64,000 bases of DNA, from contig NW_018480052.1 of assembly GCF_002113885.1 (NCBI RefSeq), positions 163,474-227,473 on the forward strand, in the 5' to 3' direction. The DNA is from Mizuhopecten yessoensis (lineage: Eukaryota). Under the pieces are notes generated by a model. It was not told the DNA's origin and did no database searches. It saw only the letters and a list, made by a program, of their open reading frames with translations. Positions 35,901 through 47,969 of this stretch are shown piece after piece. The first letter of the stretch is position 1; each line of letters opens with the position of its first letter. The position numbers and the translations under genes were made by a program.

Positions 35901-38900
35901 GTGTCAACCTCTGAAACCTCCAATGAAAGAGATCTCCCTGGTCTCGTTCCACATTTCCAATGAGGGAGAAAGTGCGTGAAATGCGACTGAAACTCCTTTG
36001 CTCAATTTATCTTTCCTTTTTTGTCTCGCCGCAACGAAGTGGAAGCAAGAATTTGGTGTTGCTTTTCAGGCAGCCGCGTCAACATTCAGTTTTTGTGTTT
36101 AAGTTAGTTTCTCTGAAAGTATAAGTGCTACACCAACCAAACTTAGACCATAGATGCATCTTAGGTAGTACATCTCAACCCATGCATCAAATGCTGGATG
36201 CGGCATACCTTTCATGGTCCATTGACTTTGTCAGCATTGCAATGAGCATGAACTTATTAAGTTTTTGTAAGCATTTCAATGAACATTAACTTATTAAGTT
36301 TTTGCGTTTAACTTAGTTTCTCTGATATGTGCATTGATGGTCAAAGGGGGGCATAGGTGAGACACATCAATCCGAATGGCTTGTTATGTATCAAAATAAC
36401 TCCAAAAAGCATTCATTTAGACACACCTGTTGTGACAATTAAATACATCCTGCAGTAACTAGGAGATCATTTGACAACAGCATGTAGTTTTTGAGTTTGT
36501 GTGAGTTTGGACTTGAATGAGGGAGTTTTGAGGGAGATAGTTAAATTTTAGTCAGAATGAGGGAGGTTTGAGGGAGATAGTTAAATTTTAGTCAAAATGA
36601 GGGAGGTTTGAGGGAGATAGTTAAATTTCAGTCAAAATGAGGGAGGTTTGAGGGAGATAGTTAAATTTTAGTCAAAATGAGGGAGGTTTGACAGCTATGT
36701 AGAGGAGGATTGTTAAAAGTATTGTCAATGAATGCAAAACCTTACACTGTCAGATATTTTGATAATTATGTGGAAGGTTCTTGTCAGCAGTATAGATTGT
36801 ATTTTTCGATTGAAGCCAGTAAACATATGTTGTAGCTGTTAAATTTCTTCCTTTACAGATCAACTGTGAAACCGATTTTGTCTCCAAAAATGAGAAGTTT
36901 CAAGATCTTGTATCCAAAGTAGCTTCAGGCTGTCACAGATACTTCATGGCTGCACCGACTAGTACTCAGGTAGGCTATTTCACTGATTAGTACTCAGGTA
37001 GGCTATTTCACTGACTAGTACTCAGGTAGGCTATTTCACTGACTGGTACTCAGGTAGACTATTTCACTGACTAGTACTCAAGTAGGCTATTTCTGACACC
37101 GACTAGTACTCAGGTAGGCTAAGTTCACTGACTAGTACTCGTGCAGGTAGGCTATTTCACTGACTAGTACTCAAGTAGGCTATTTCACTGACTAGTACTC
37201 AGGTAGGCTATTTCTGACACTGACTAGTACTCATGCAGGTAGGCTTTTTCACTGACTAATACTCATGCAGGTAGGCTATTTCACTGACTAGTACTCAGGG
37301 AGGCTATTTCTGACACTGACTAGTACTCAGGTAGGCTATTTCACTGACTAGTACTCAGGTAGGCTATTTCTGACACTGACTAGTACTCATGTAGGTAGGC
37401 TATTTCACTGACTAGTACTGAGGTAGGCCATTTCACTGACTAGTACTCAGGTAGGCTATTTTACTGACTAGTACTGAGGTAGACTATTTCTGTGACTAGT
37501 ACATACTCGGGTCGGCTATTTCACTGACTAGTACTCAGGTAGACTATTTCACCATCTAGTACAAGTTATTTCACATTAAGATAAAGGTTTAAGTTTAAAA
37601 TATTATATGAAGTGCCAGTTGAGCTTATGGTATGATGTGTTGTTTGAAGGACATCTTCTTAAGAACTGGAAGACCTAGGGCCATCATATTTGGCAAGTAC
37701 AATGTAGGTACAAAGGTCGGGTCAAACATGTTAAAAACATTTAAACAACTTCTTCTCTCAAATAAATGACCTTGACTTATGTTCAAGGTCACAGGAGTCA
37801 AATATTTAGAAAATTTAAAAAATATCATCTTCTGAATAACCAGGAGGCCCAGGGTGATGATATTTGATCATGACCAGTAGCATGCTGGGATAGAGTAGTA
37901 TACAGTTTTGTTTAGTTTGGAACATTCTTAACTTAAGGAGACTCAACATATGGAAATATTTGCAAAAAATATTTTTATGGAGAACATTTTCCTATGATTG
38001 CTCAAATATCCAGGCGAGCGATACAGACCCTTTGGGCCTCTTGTTAAATTTTACTAACATAAACAATTCAGAACTTTTAGAGCATGTAAAAAAAATCAAA
38101 AAATTTTCACTGGAGTTTTGATGTGAAAACATGCTGATTGTTAAATCAAGAAAATATATCATCAAATTGAATAACTGCTGTTTTGCTTTAGAAGTTGTGA
38201 GAAAGCATTGGTAAAGGTGTTCACTTTTCATTCTTTTTTATTGTACAAAATTGCTACCAAACTTCAGCTTTGACGAGACAACCTTTCGGCGGTTTTCACC
38301 AACACACTTCCTTGATGCTAAAGTTTAACAAACGGCCATCTGATTAAATTTACATATGATTATGAATGTGAATCATCCAATGAAATCATGCGGTTGAGGT
38401 CACATGTTCGATGCTTTATAGGTTACTGAGTATATATGGTGTAGGATTTGTTTAACTTTCAAAGCTCAGTTAATGTTTTTAAACGATAAACAATTTTGAC
38501 AGGAGTGGTTATACATTGATGTATTAAGATGAGTCAAGTTACGTACCTAATCACCATGAAGGAAATAATTTAGTACTATTTCAAGTACTGATCTTTTACA
38601 ATTGTAGGCCCTTGTAATTTCAGTACGATTAGTTTTCAGTCTGAAAATCCATTATCGTTGTTAACCTGTGTTTAAAACAAATTTGCCAAAAATATATAAA
38701 CCTTTAGATTTCTGGCAAATTTGTTTAAACACAAAAATAAAAGTAATTGCCCTTCTGATAGAAAATTAGATAGACTTACTGATTATTTACTAATGATATA
38801 AATCTAGTCAGGACTATTGACAATAACTTCTGATGAGTAAGTGGGGACTATTTGATATCAATGGTGTCCTGTAAAAAAATAAATCCTGCAAATATCTTCT

Positions 38901-41900
38901 AGCAGTCTTAGAATTTAGGATTTACACATCATAGACCATATTTCTATGAGATACGTATTTCTATGAGATACATATTTCTATGAGATTTCTATGAGATTCA
39001 TAGGTCTATGAGATACATATTTCTATGAGATACATATTTCTATGAGATACATATTTCTATGAGATATGAGATACATATTTCTATGAGATACATATTTCTT
39101 GTAAACATGTTGAACTTTTGATAGACCAGACCTTGACCGTGAAATTTTTAATCATTTTATCACATACCTTCCGTATTTGGTAGAGATCGATACAAAGATT
39201 TTATAAACTTTGATATTTTTTGCAAAACCGGGAACTTTTCAGTTCTCCATGACAAGGGGATTCCCATAAAAAGTAGTCCCGGCTAGTAGGTAAATACAAC
39301 ATTCCGTATTACACATGTGCAAAACAGAACGATGTATTTCATGATCTGAAAACTGCTTGTATTACTATATCAAGATTCAACAGGTATGTGATAAATATTT
39401 CTATGAGATACATATTTCTTGTAAACATGTTGAACTTTTGATAGACCAGACCTTAATTGACCCTAACATTTTTAATTATATATATTTCTGTGTTCAATAA
39501 CATGAAATATAGAAAATATGAGTCATAATAAATGAAAACAAGTTATTTCACAAGGATTTGTCCACTATATCTATCATTGAATTAAATGCACCATAGAAAA
39601 AATAACTTCCTAGACGACTTGGTCTATGAAGTAAACGATTCCAATAGACCTTAAGTGATTTTCATGGTGGTTGTCTATGGGTGTACCGTTAAGTTCGAAC
39701 ACTGCTTCCAGGTGTAAAACCACCAAAATCTGACCCACAATGTTTGTGCATTGTATAGACCTAGTACTGCGGGGAATATTTCCGTTGTGTTCAAAACTTG
39801 TAAAAGTCTTTGAGGTTTAATGAATAAATAGATTCTGAGAAAAAAATATAGCCTTGTTCACCTATGGAATATTACGTAAATACTGAAATAATTGATGTCT
39901 TGAAATTTTGATCAGGCAACAATTTTAATTTTCAAAAATGAACCACAAATACAACATTAGATACAGATACATCGCTGACAATGAAACATCTTATATTTTC
40001 TATAGGTGAACAAGAAAATATTTCTTTCTATGGGCTCTTACTGTGTTCCCTGTGAGCGGAGACATTTTAGTACCATGAGACCATGTTTAGGGAAGTCAAA
40101 AGCAGCAAGTCAAGCTAGCAATTATACAAAGGTGAAACCCAGTGAGAAGGGAGGGAACTCTTGTAGTTTCTTGTCTCATTACAACGACATTCTGAAGGTT
40201 ACTGCGAAACCAACAGTGGAGAAGCTCCCTGATGGGGCCTATACCTGGATATATTTTGATCTGGAAACCACTGGACTAGGTAAGTGCAAAGACAACAGTG
40301 TCAATCAAGTATAAAGCCGATAATGGTATGGAAGGTTAATTCTGCAGACAACCTAGCTTTTGTTGGCAATTTTAACACTGAATTTATGAATTAAACATGA
40401 AATGAAAAATTTCTATGCAAAAAAATCTACAAACATATATTAATTACACACTGGAAGTAATTAATTAAGCACAGTCATAAAAGAAACTAGAAGTGGAAAG
40501 ATGAATTTAATTTGTACGTGAAAATAACATTGGCTGAAAAGAAAAGCTAAATACAGTAATGATGTTCCGATTAGTCAACTTTGTCAACTTTTGGTTTGTT
40601 TGTTTAGTAAACTGATTAATCGACTACAGAATTCATGATCAATTTTAGTTTGGGATATCATGGAGTTTTAAATTGGACAGAGTCATTCATGATTTTAAGC
40701 CTATGTCACTGCTAGATACTAACAGGAGTTAAGCAGAAGAAGTCTTCGACCTTTCCAGATAGGTGTCAGATAAAGTAAGATACATGTTTGTATTTGGCCG
40801 ATTATGAATATCACTTACTGTAAGGCTAAAATACAGTTGATGATGAAATCGTTGTACATAGTTAACAAATCAATGTATCACATGGATTTGTGTTGATTTT
40901 ACAGGATTCTCCGATATTACCCAGCTGTCGGCGAGGGCAGGCGATCAGTTGTTCACCCGATATGTTATTCCTGGCAAACCCATCAATGAAGTTGCCTCAC
41001 AGATGACGGGAATTACTTTTGTAAAAGGAAAACTATATAAAAATGAAAGACCTGTTCAAGCTGTTTCGGCGACCGAGTGTATGACAGACTTCGCAGACTG
41101 GCTCAGTCACTTCCATTCTCCAGTGCTGGTAGCACACAACGCTCTATTTGATGCCCTCGTTTTGTGTAACTGCCTTTCAGGAATCAAAGATCAAGAAGTT
41201 TCACGCATTGTTGATGGTTTTGTAGACACTCTGCGAATTTTCAGGCAAGTGCTCCCGAATCGAACACGTCACAATCTAGAGTCTCTTGTCACTGATCTTC
41301 TAGGCATTGTGTACCAAGCACACGACGCAAACCAGGATGCGGAAGTACTTCAGAAACTGGTGAAATCGGAAAAGATAACCGACGCACTGATGTGCCAGTC
41401 AAGTTATACTTTTTCCTATATCCAGGATTATGTAGCTTACAAAAAGCAGACTGACAAATGTAAAGTAAGTCTACAACCATTGATTCAGGCAGATTTGTTG
41501 ACAAAACATCTTGCAGACAAGATTGCCAGGACAGGATTGGGTCTGCATCACTTAGAGTTTGTGCACAGTCAAGCTGGTGCACAGGGCATACACAAACTCT
41601 TCACCGAAACGTCGCAAGGAAAGCTTGAAGACAAAAAAATGATAAACAATGTTGCTGCTTACCTTCAGAAATCTAGGAGATGACTTATCTGTTTTGTCCT
41701 TATGTCTTTATCAGGATATATTCCACCTTGATAAGATCTTCACAAGGTTTTCACAAGATCTTCACACAGGAAATCATTTTGCGTTAGAAAAAGAAAAGAC
41801 GTTTTTCTCCGGAAATCTACAAGAGAGGTGGATGCTATTTTATCACGTGTTCAAAGGTACGATATATACACAGATACTTTTTACACAGTGTTCACAGTTT

Positions 41901-44900
41901 TGATAGTGACAAAGACAAAAGTGTATATTTTCATGAACTTAGCTGATCAGTTATCCATTAATAATAATAATTAAAATAATTTGAGGTTCTTATATACCTC
42001 TCTATCACAATCTAGTTCATAGGTCCTCTCAAAGCGGTTCACAAATTATTATCCGTGGTTACAGGGCCTTTGAAATTCACCCAGCCAATATCTTTCTCAA
42101 CTCCCTGGGGAGCATACAGCCGGTGCTGCCATTTCAACGCTCACAGCTAGCATTCAACAATTCTAGCCCTGCCCAACCATGTACTCATTTACAGCTGAGT
42201 AGACTGGAACAAGCGGAGTAAAGTATCTTGCTCAAAGATACAACACAGTGCCGTGACGTGACTCGAACCCTCAACCCTTCGGTCACGAGCCTGGCGTCCG
42301 TCCTACCACTAGACTACCGTGCCTCCATTCCATATGATAGTAGCTTATCATCCTCATTATTTTTTTGAAAGGTTGACCATAAAATATAATTAAATCGTAT
42401 ATAACTCAGTAGTCTGATTCAAACTCCTATTATGCTTGTATTGACATAATATTTGCACACTGCCGTCCGAGAGCCTGATTCATATATCAAAGTTGCAGAT
42501 TATTGCAAAATAATAGTTTGATTTTAGTATCTTTAATTGGGGATGAAAAAAAAGTCAAAATGCCTATATTTTCTTGTAATAGAAAATACTGTTATTGCTA
42601 TTCACAGTTTTAAGATTTTATAAAAAAAAATCTTTCTGATATCATGTACATTGTATTTCACGAGATCAGTTTCCAGCTGGTTTTCGTGGCTGTTGGTAAC
42701 TGATGATGATTTGATATAGGTGTTCATATTGTAGTGTGAAACTGGGGCATAATACAGGCAGTAAGAGAGGTGGCAAATGAATTGATGGACATTATACTGA
42801 CAATAGGTGAGAATGAAAATGACTGATGGACATTATACTGACAATAGGTGAGAATGCAAATGATTGATGGACATTATACTGACAATAGGTGAGAATGCAA
42901 ATGATTGATGGACATTATACTGACAATAGGTGAGAATGCAAATGATTGATGGACATTATACTGACAATAGGTGAGAATGCAAATGATTGATGGACATTAT
43001 ACTGACAATAGGTGAGAATGCAAATGATTGATGGACATTATACTGACAATAGGTGAGAATGCAAATGATTGATGGACATTATACTGACAATAGGTGAGAA
43101 TGCAAATGATTGATGGACATTATACTGACAATAGGTGAGAATGCAAATGATTGATGGACATTATACTGACAATAGGTGAGAATGCAAATGATTGATGGAC
43201 ATTATACTGACAATAGGTGAGAATGCAAATGATTGATGGACATTATACTGACAATAGGTGAGAATGCAAATGATTGATGGACATTATACTGACAATAGGT
43301 GAGAATGCAAATGATTGATGGACATTATACTGACAATAGGTGAGAATGCAAATGATTGATGGACATTATACTGACAATAGGTGAGAATGCAAATGATTGA
43401 TGGACATTATACTGACAATAGGTGAGAATGCAAATGATTGATGGACATTATACTGACAATAGGTGAGAATGCAAATGATTGATGGACATTATACTGACAA
43501 TAGGTGAGAATGCAAATGATTGATGGACATTATACTGACAATAGGTGAGAATGCAAATGATTGATGGACATTATACTGACAATTAGTGAGAATGCAAATG
43601 ATTGATGGACATTATACTGACAATTAGTGAGAATGCAAATGATTGATGGACATTATACTGACAATAAGTGAGAATGCAACTGAATTGATGGACATTATAC
43701 TGACAATTAGTGAGAATGCAAATGATTGATGGACATTATACTGACAATTAGTGAGAATGCAAATGATTGATGGACATTATACTGACAATAAGTGAGAATG
43801 CAAATGATTGATGGACATTATACTGACAATAAGTGAGAATGCAAATGATTGATGGACATTATACTGACAATTAGTGAGAATGCAAATGATTGATGGACAT
43901 TATACTGACAATTAGTGAGAATGCAAATGATTGATGGACATTATACTGACAATAAGTGAGAATGCAAATGATTGATGGACATTATACTGACAATAGGTGA
44001 GAATGCAAATGATTGATGGACATTATACTGACAATAGGTGAGAATGCAAATGATTGATGGACATTATACTGACAATTAGTGAGAATGCAAATGATTGATG
44101 GACATTATACTGACAATTAGTGAGAATGCAAATGATTGATGGACATTATACTGACAATAAGTGAGAATGCAAATGATTGATGGACATTATACTGACAATA
44201 AGTGAGAATGCAAATGATTGATGGACATTATACTGACAATAGGTGAGAATGCAAATGATTGATGGACATTATACTGACAATAAGTGAGAATGCAACTGAA
44301 TTGATGGACATTATACTGACAATAAGTGAGAATGCAAATGATTTGATAGACATTACATTGCCAATGATTGAGAATGCAAGTTAAGTGAGGGGCATTAATA
44401 CAAGGGGAATGTACCCCGTCGGTGATGTGTCTAAAATACAGGTGCTTATTAATATGTGCAAGTGTTTCATTTTTATGTTTCTATTATAAATAAAAATAAA
44501 CAGCATAATTTACTGTAGTTATTTTTGTTTACTTCGCATGAACCATCAAACCTCTTTATAGGCACTATAAACTTTCCATGGAAATTGGTGGAATTCCATG
44601 GATTTTAAATTTCCACGGATATAATATAGTCAAACCTCATGTCAGAGTGGTTCAGACCATGGAAAAAGTTTGATATTAATTGAGTATTTGAGATAAAAGA
44701 GTATTGCAATAAATTGATTTTGAGATAAAGAGTTGTGTTTTGATTATTTGAGATAAAGGTATTTTTTTCAGATTATTTGAGATAAAAAGTATTTTGGGGA
44801 TTATTTAAAACATCTGTATTTGGGATTATTTAAGATAAAGGTGTTTTGGGGATTGCTTGAAAAATTTGTTTTGGGGATTATTTGAGGTGATATGTATTTG

Positions 44901-47585
44901 GGATTATTTGAGATGATATGTATTGGGGATTATTTGAGAAAAAAGGTGATCTTAAGATAAAGGAGTATTTGTGAATTGGGTAAAGCAGTCTTTAAAAGAA
45001 ACTGAGTATTTGAGAAAATATGTATTTGGGATTAATATTTGAGATAAAGGTGTTCTTGATTAAAGGAGTATTGAAGAATATAATCAGCAGTGATATATTT
45101 TCACTTAAAGCACTTGTCTGGGCTGTATCTTCTAAACTCTTAAAAGATATCTTGATGAAACTTGAAGTATACCTACATCACCCATACAAAGTATCTAGCA
45201 CATGGAATGTACGTCCCAGTGGCCTTCATCAAAGGTCAAAGGTCACATAATTATATTTTGCAGTGAAATCTTCTCTGAGCTGTAACCTTTAAACCATTAC
45301 AGATATTTTGATGATACTTTCAGTGTGTATGAATCCCCCAGAGGTTTACACTAGTCTTTATTGGTCACCATGGCCTTTACTGCTAGGTCAAAGGTCAAAT
45401 ACATGTTAGGTCAACTAAGTGCAAAAGTTTCAGTAAAATCTTGTCTTTGGTGTAAATTTGAAAGGTTTGATGACATCTTGAAGAAACTTTAATAAAAATT
45501 GCATTACTCGCAGAATGTGTACAGTGCCCTGTATTTAGGCCAATTTGACGTTCACCTCTAGGTCAAAGGTCAAGTAAGTTCAATGCAAATTCAGTATGCA
45601 AATTGGCTAATAAGTGGAGACTTTTCTATTCTGTAATAGGTGTCTTTTTAAGATGAATTATTTTTTGTATTGTATAGATATGCCTCCCTAAAGACAAGCT
45701 TGATGCCCTTGATGTTGGTAACAGCCAGAGTGTGTCTGACTTGGTTGCATTGATGGTCGGCAATGTTGGGGAGAATTTGTCAGCACGTACTGTCACTCAC
45801 GTAGGCGTGACACCCAACTCACACCTGGAAACCTACGTTCACTCAACAGGTAATCATAAGTAATAGTAACCTTGAGCTTCTCTGTATCCTGTGTCTATTG
45901 GCCTTTTGATATTCAAGATTCATGCATCAGTAAGGCTGGCATTTACTCTGGGACAGAGATCAAGGTGGCCCAGTACACATACCACTCTTGATAAATTGGT
46001 AGACAGATCTTAGGTTAAATTAATGGGAAGGAAGTAGTGAAAAGAATATGTGCATTCAGAACCTGTGACCCCAGATTTTCTGATCTCCAGCTGAGCAAAA
46101 GGAAAATTTTCTCTAGCTGGAATTAGTAAGGCAACTTTGACACTCTGTCTAATGCACATCCTTGACAGGAAGCATACCAATGTCAAGGGGGTTGAGTTTT
46201 TGATGAAGAGGTTGACCCCTGGAGGAGTGGTGCCCAGTAAGATTGATATTGGTAAAGTTTTATCTGACAACTCCTAAAATTTCATTATAGCTCCGCAACA
46301 TTGCCGGAGGAGTATGAAATGGTTGCCATATTTGTCAGTCCATCTGTCCTTATAACGTCTTTGTTAGTCTTTGAGTTCAGCTCCATTACGCAAATACAAG
46401 AAGTCCGACAAACTTCATGTATAGATACATCTTGAGAACATCAGTATGGCATATGTAGGTCACTGTGACTTATATGCATCAGCACATCAAATGTAGGTCA
46501 CTGTGACCTATATACATCAGTGTATCAAATGTAGGTCACGGTGACCTATATACATCAGCATATCAAATGTAAGTTACTGTGACCTATATACATCAGTATA
46601 TCAAATGTAGGTCACTGTGACCTATGTTTTCTACTTCATTAACTGTGCATTCAGCTCAATTCTGTTGCTAGACATACATGTAACTGTACGTTTAACTTAA
46701 TTTCAATCAAAACAGAAGGAAGGACACATGTATGTAGGTTCATTGGTCTCTTGTCCAAAATCTGCAAAGATGTGATACTTATGCAGCTAGCTTTAGCATG
46801 CAAGTATGTGTTGAAGTCCTTCCTTATAGAAAAATGATTGAGTTTACCTTCATCCATGTCTTGGATTGAATACAATATAATAAAGCAGATTTTGTTTTTT
46901 CGCATATTGTTGGTTGAATGTTGAGGTTTGGATTTGATGATTTTAGTATCTCCTTTTGAGGTTTGTATGCTTATTTTGCTAGGCTGATGTTTGTAAACGT
47001 TTTGCTTTAGTGTTTTGTATACTTGGATGTGTTACGATGATGCTTGTGATACGTTTTTGTTTTGTAGGTTCGAATGTTGAGGTAGATGGTTGTAGGATGG
47101 GGAAGTATGCTGTTTTATTGGACATTAGTCAGAACACTGACGGGTCGGAGGAGGTCGTAGCCATGGAAACCATGGCAAAGCAGTTATGTCAACACATCTT
47201 GGGGCTAAAACCAAGCACAGTAGGTGACTTTGAAAATGACAAGCCACTTGGATACTCTGAAGAAGTCAAGTCTCTAGGTGCTACAGATGACAAGCTTCAA
47301 GCAGATGCAGAAAACAAACCTCTAGCTGATACTGATGACAAACTTCAAGCAGACAAAGAGGATAATTCTCCAAAAGACTCCGACAATGAAAGCGATGACA
47401 GTGATTATGAAAATGACTTGGAAGAAACGTCTAGTAAAATTAATGAGGACGAAACTAGACTCGTGTTTCAGGAATTCCTCTACAACCCAGAAATGGTAGT
47501 TGGAGAGTTCCTAAAAGAAAACAGGGCCACAGTGAACAAGTTTGCACGCTTTGAATGTGGAGAGGAGCGTTCTACAGAGAGCTGA
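32964..47585 (+). CDS. TSFM: Elongation factor Ts, mitochondrial, 366 aa, 6 coding exons
   Basis: join(32964-32973,34062-34222,35168-35296,36859-36969,45678-45849,47068-47585) = 1101 nt, phase-consistent. Motifs [16 protein letters not shown] (UBA-like), [40 protein letters not shown] and RFECGE. Exon 1 (10 nt, A|gtaagt) is the least certain. Confidence 0.92.
33304..33433. mobile_element. Palindromic MITE, with a partial extra arm at ~33207
   Basis: Arms cacaggtgctcgggttccggaatat / atattccggaacccgagcacctgtg. Confidence 0.7.
33804..33920. mobile_element. 117-bp hairpin MITE with 9-bp target duplication (Mutator-like)
   Basis: Perfect 46-bp inverted arms; flanks aggttggag (33795-33803) and gggttggag (33921-33929). 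Confidence 0.8.
34062..34222 (+). CDS. TSFM: TSFM coding exon 2
   Basis: [53 protein letters not shown]. Confidence 0.9.
35168..35296 (+). CDS. TSFM: TSFM coding exon 3
   Basis: [43 protein letters not shown]; gtgagt donor. Confidence 0.93.
35325..35625 (-). repeat. 38-bp tandem repeat (x6) made of an LTR end plus primer-binding site, next to a tRNA-like LTR remnant
   Basis: Minus-strand unit ...cctgttaCA-aa-TGGTGCCACGACC...; adjacent tagcccagtggtagagcgtccgac (box A-like). Confidence 0.75.
36519..36691. repeat. 40-bp tandem repeat, ~4 copies
   Basis: gagggaggtttgagggagatagttaaattttagtcaaaat. Confidence 0.9.
36859..36969 (+). CDS. TSFM: TSFM coding exon 4
   Basis: [37 protein letters not shown]; CAG|gtaggc donor. 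Confidence 0.92.
36957..37563. repeat. Minisatellite, 28-33-bp unit, ~20 copies, starting inside TSFM exon 4 and repeating its donor
   Basis: Unit gactagtactcag|gtaggctatttcact. Confidence 0.95.
37612..38044 (-). mobile_element. Internally deleted Helentron-type non-autonomous element
   Basis: Minus strand starts acaagaggcccaaagggtct...gctcgcctg, carries the tgtgaccttgaa repeat, and ends cataagctcaactggcac. Confidence 0.7.
38937..39098. repeat. 17-bp tandem repeat; its end plus flank is duplicated again at ~39396-39455
   Basis: Unit catatttctatgagata. Confidence 0.85.
40030..41683 (+). CDS. DEDDh 3'-5' exonuclease (TREX1/exuperantia/PML-C-terminal-like), ~342 aa from the first ATG, nested in TSFM intron 4
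   Basis: join(40030-40279,40905-41683); G|gtaagt donor and tttacag| acceptor give [19 protein letters not shown]. ExoI DLE, ExoII AHNALFD and ExoIII HDANQD are all intact; helical C-terminal extension ([15 protein letters not shown]). The exon opens at a strong acceptor (tttctatag|40006) with the frame open upstream of the ATG. Confidence 0.88.
41958..42326 (-). mobile_element. tRNA-derived SINE with Deu/Nin-like central domain
   Basis: Minus-strand head ggaggcacggtagtctagtggtagg (box A) and ggttcgagtc (box B); tgtatgctccccagggagttgaga core; LINE-like 3' end and (ATT)n tail. Confidence 0.8.
42773..44380. repeat. Minisatellite, 41-bp unit, ~38 copies
   Basis: Unit gcaaatgattgatggacattatactgacaataggtgagaat, with clustered variant units. 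Confidence 0.97.
44680..45060. repeat. Degenerate low-complexity tandem repeat
   Basis: Recurrent gattatttgagataaa motifs. Confidence 0.65.
45678..45849 (+). CDS. TSFM: TSFM coding exon 5
   Basis: [11 protein letters not shown]...[17 protein letters not shown]...TYVHST. Confidence 0.9.
46452..46625. repeat. ~39-bp tandem repeat, 4-5 copies
   Basis: atgtaggtcactgtgacctatatacatcag. Confidence 0.85.
47068..47585 (+). CDS. TSFM: TSFM final coding exon 6
   Basis: [18 protein letters not shown]...[13 protein letters not shown]...[14 protein letters not shown]. Confidence 0.93.
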
Positions 47586-47969
47586 TTACCTATATCTTTA
47601 TAGTCTCTAGTGTTTGCAGCGAAAGAAATTACTATATGGATGATAAAGTGTAAGTAAGGAGACAGTTTGTGATAAGATCAGTTTACATAAAAACATTCAT
47701 GTGTGATAAGACTACGTTTTGTGTGTGAAGTAAACAATCTAAGTAGTTACCAGGTACCTATCAGTATAAACATGTTGGATGTGGACTAATGGAATAGACC
47801 AATATTCCTTTGTATAATATAATGATCACTTTGTGAATAAATAGTCATGAATTTGTCCGGCCTTCACTGTTAATGTCTGCTGGGGGTTGATGTTAACTAA
47901 TGTGAAGGAAGCTTCATCACAAAACACAGTAGAATTACAAGGCAACAAATAGTTCACACTTTTCCAGGT

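Noticed and set aside
40006-41683. Interpretation as a bacterial DNA polymerase III epsilon contaminant or recent horizontal transfer
   Set aside because: The gene has a canonical GT-AG intron right after the ExoI motif and a eukaryote-type C-terminal extension, and it sits among host repeats.
41289-41903. Short ORFs overlapping or following the exonuclease, and likewise 9611-10055 around the TRIM gene
   Set aside because: Antisense or alternate-frame shadows of real CDS, with no recognisable motifs.
47010-47067. Hydrophobic N-terminus of ORF 47010-47585 suggesting a signal peptide
   Set aside because: It is the T-rich acceptor tract of TSFM intron 5 read in frame; the exon starts at 47068.
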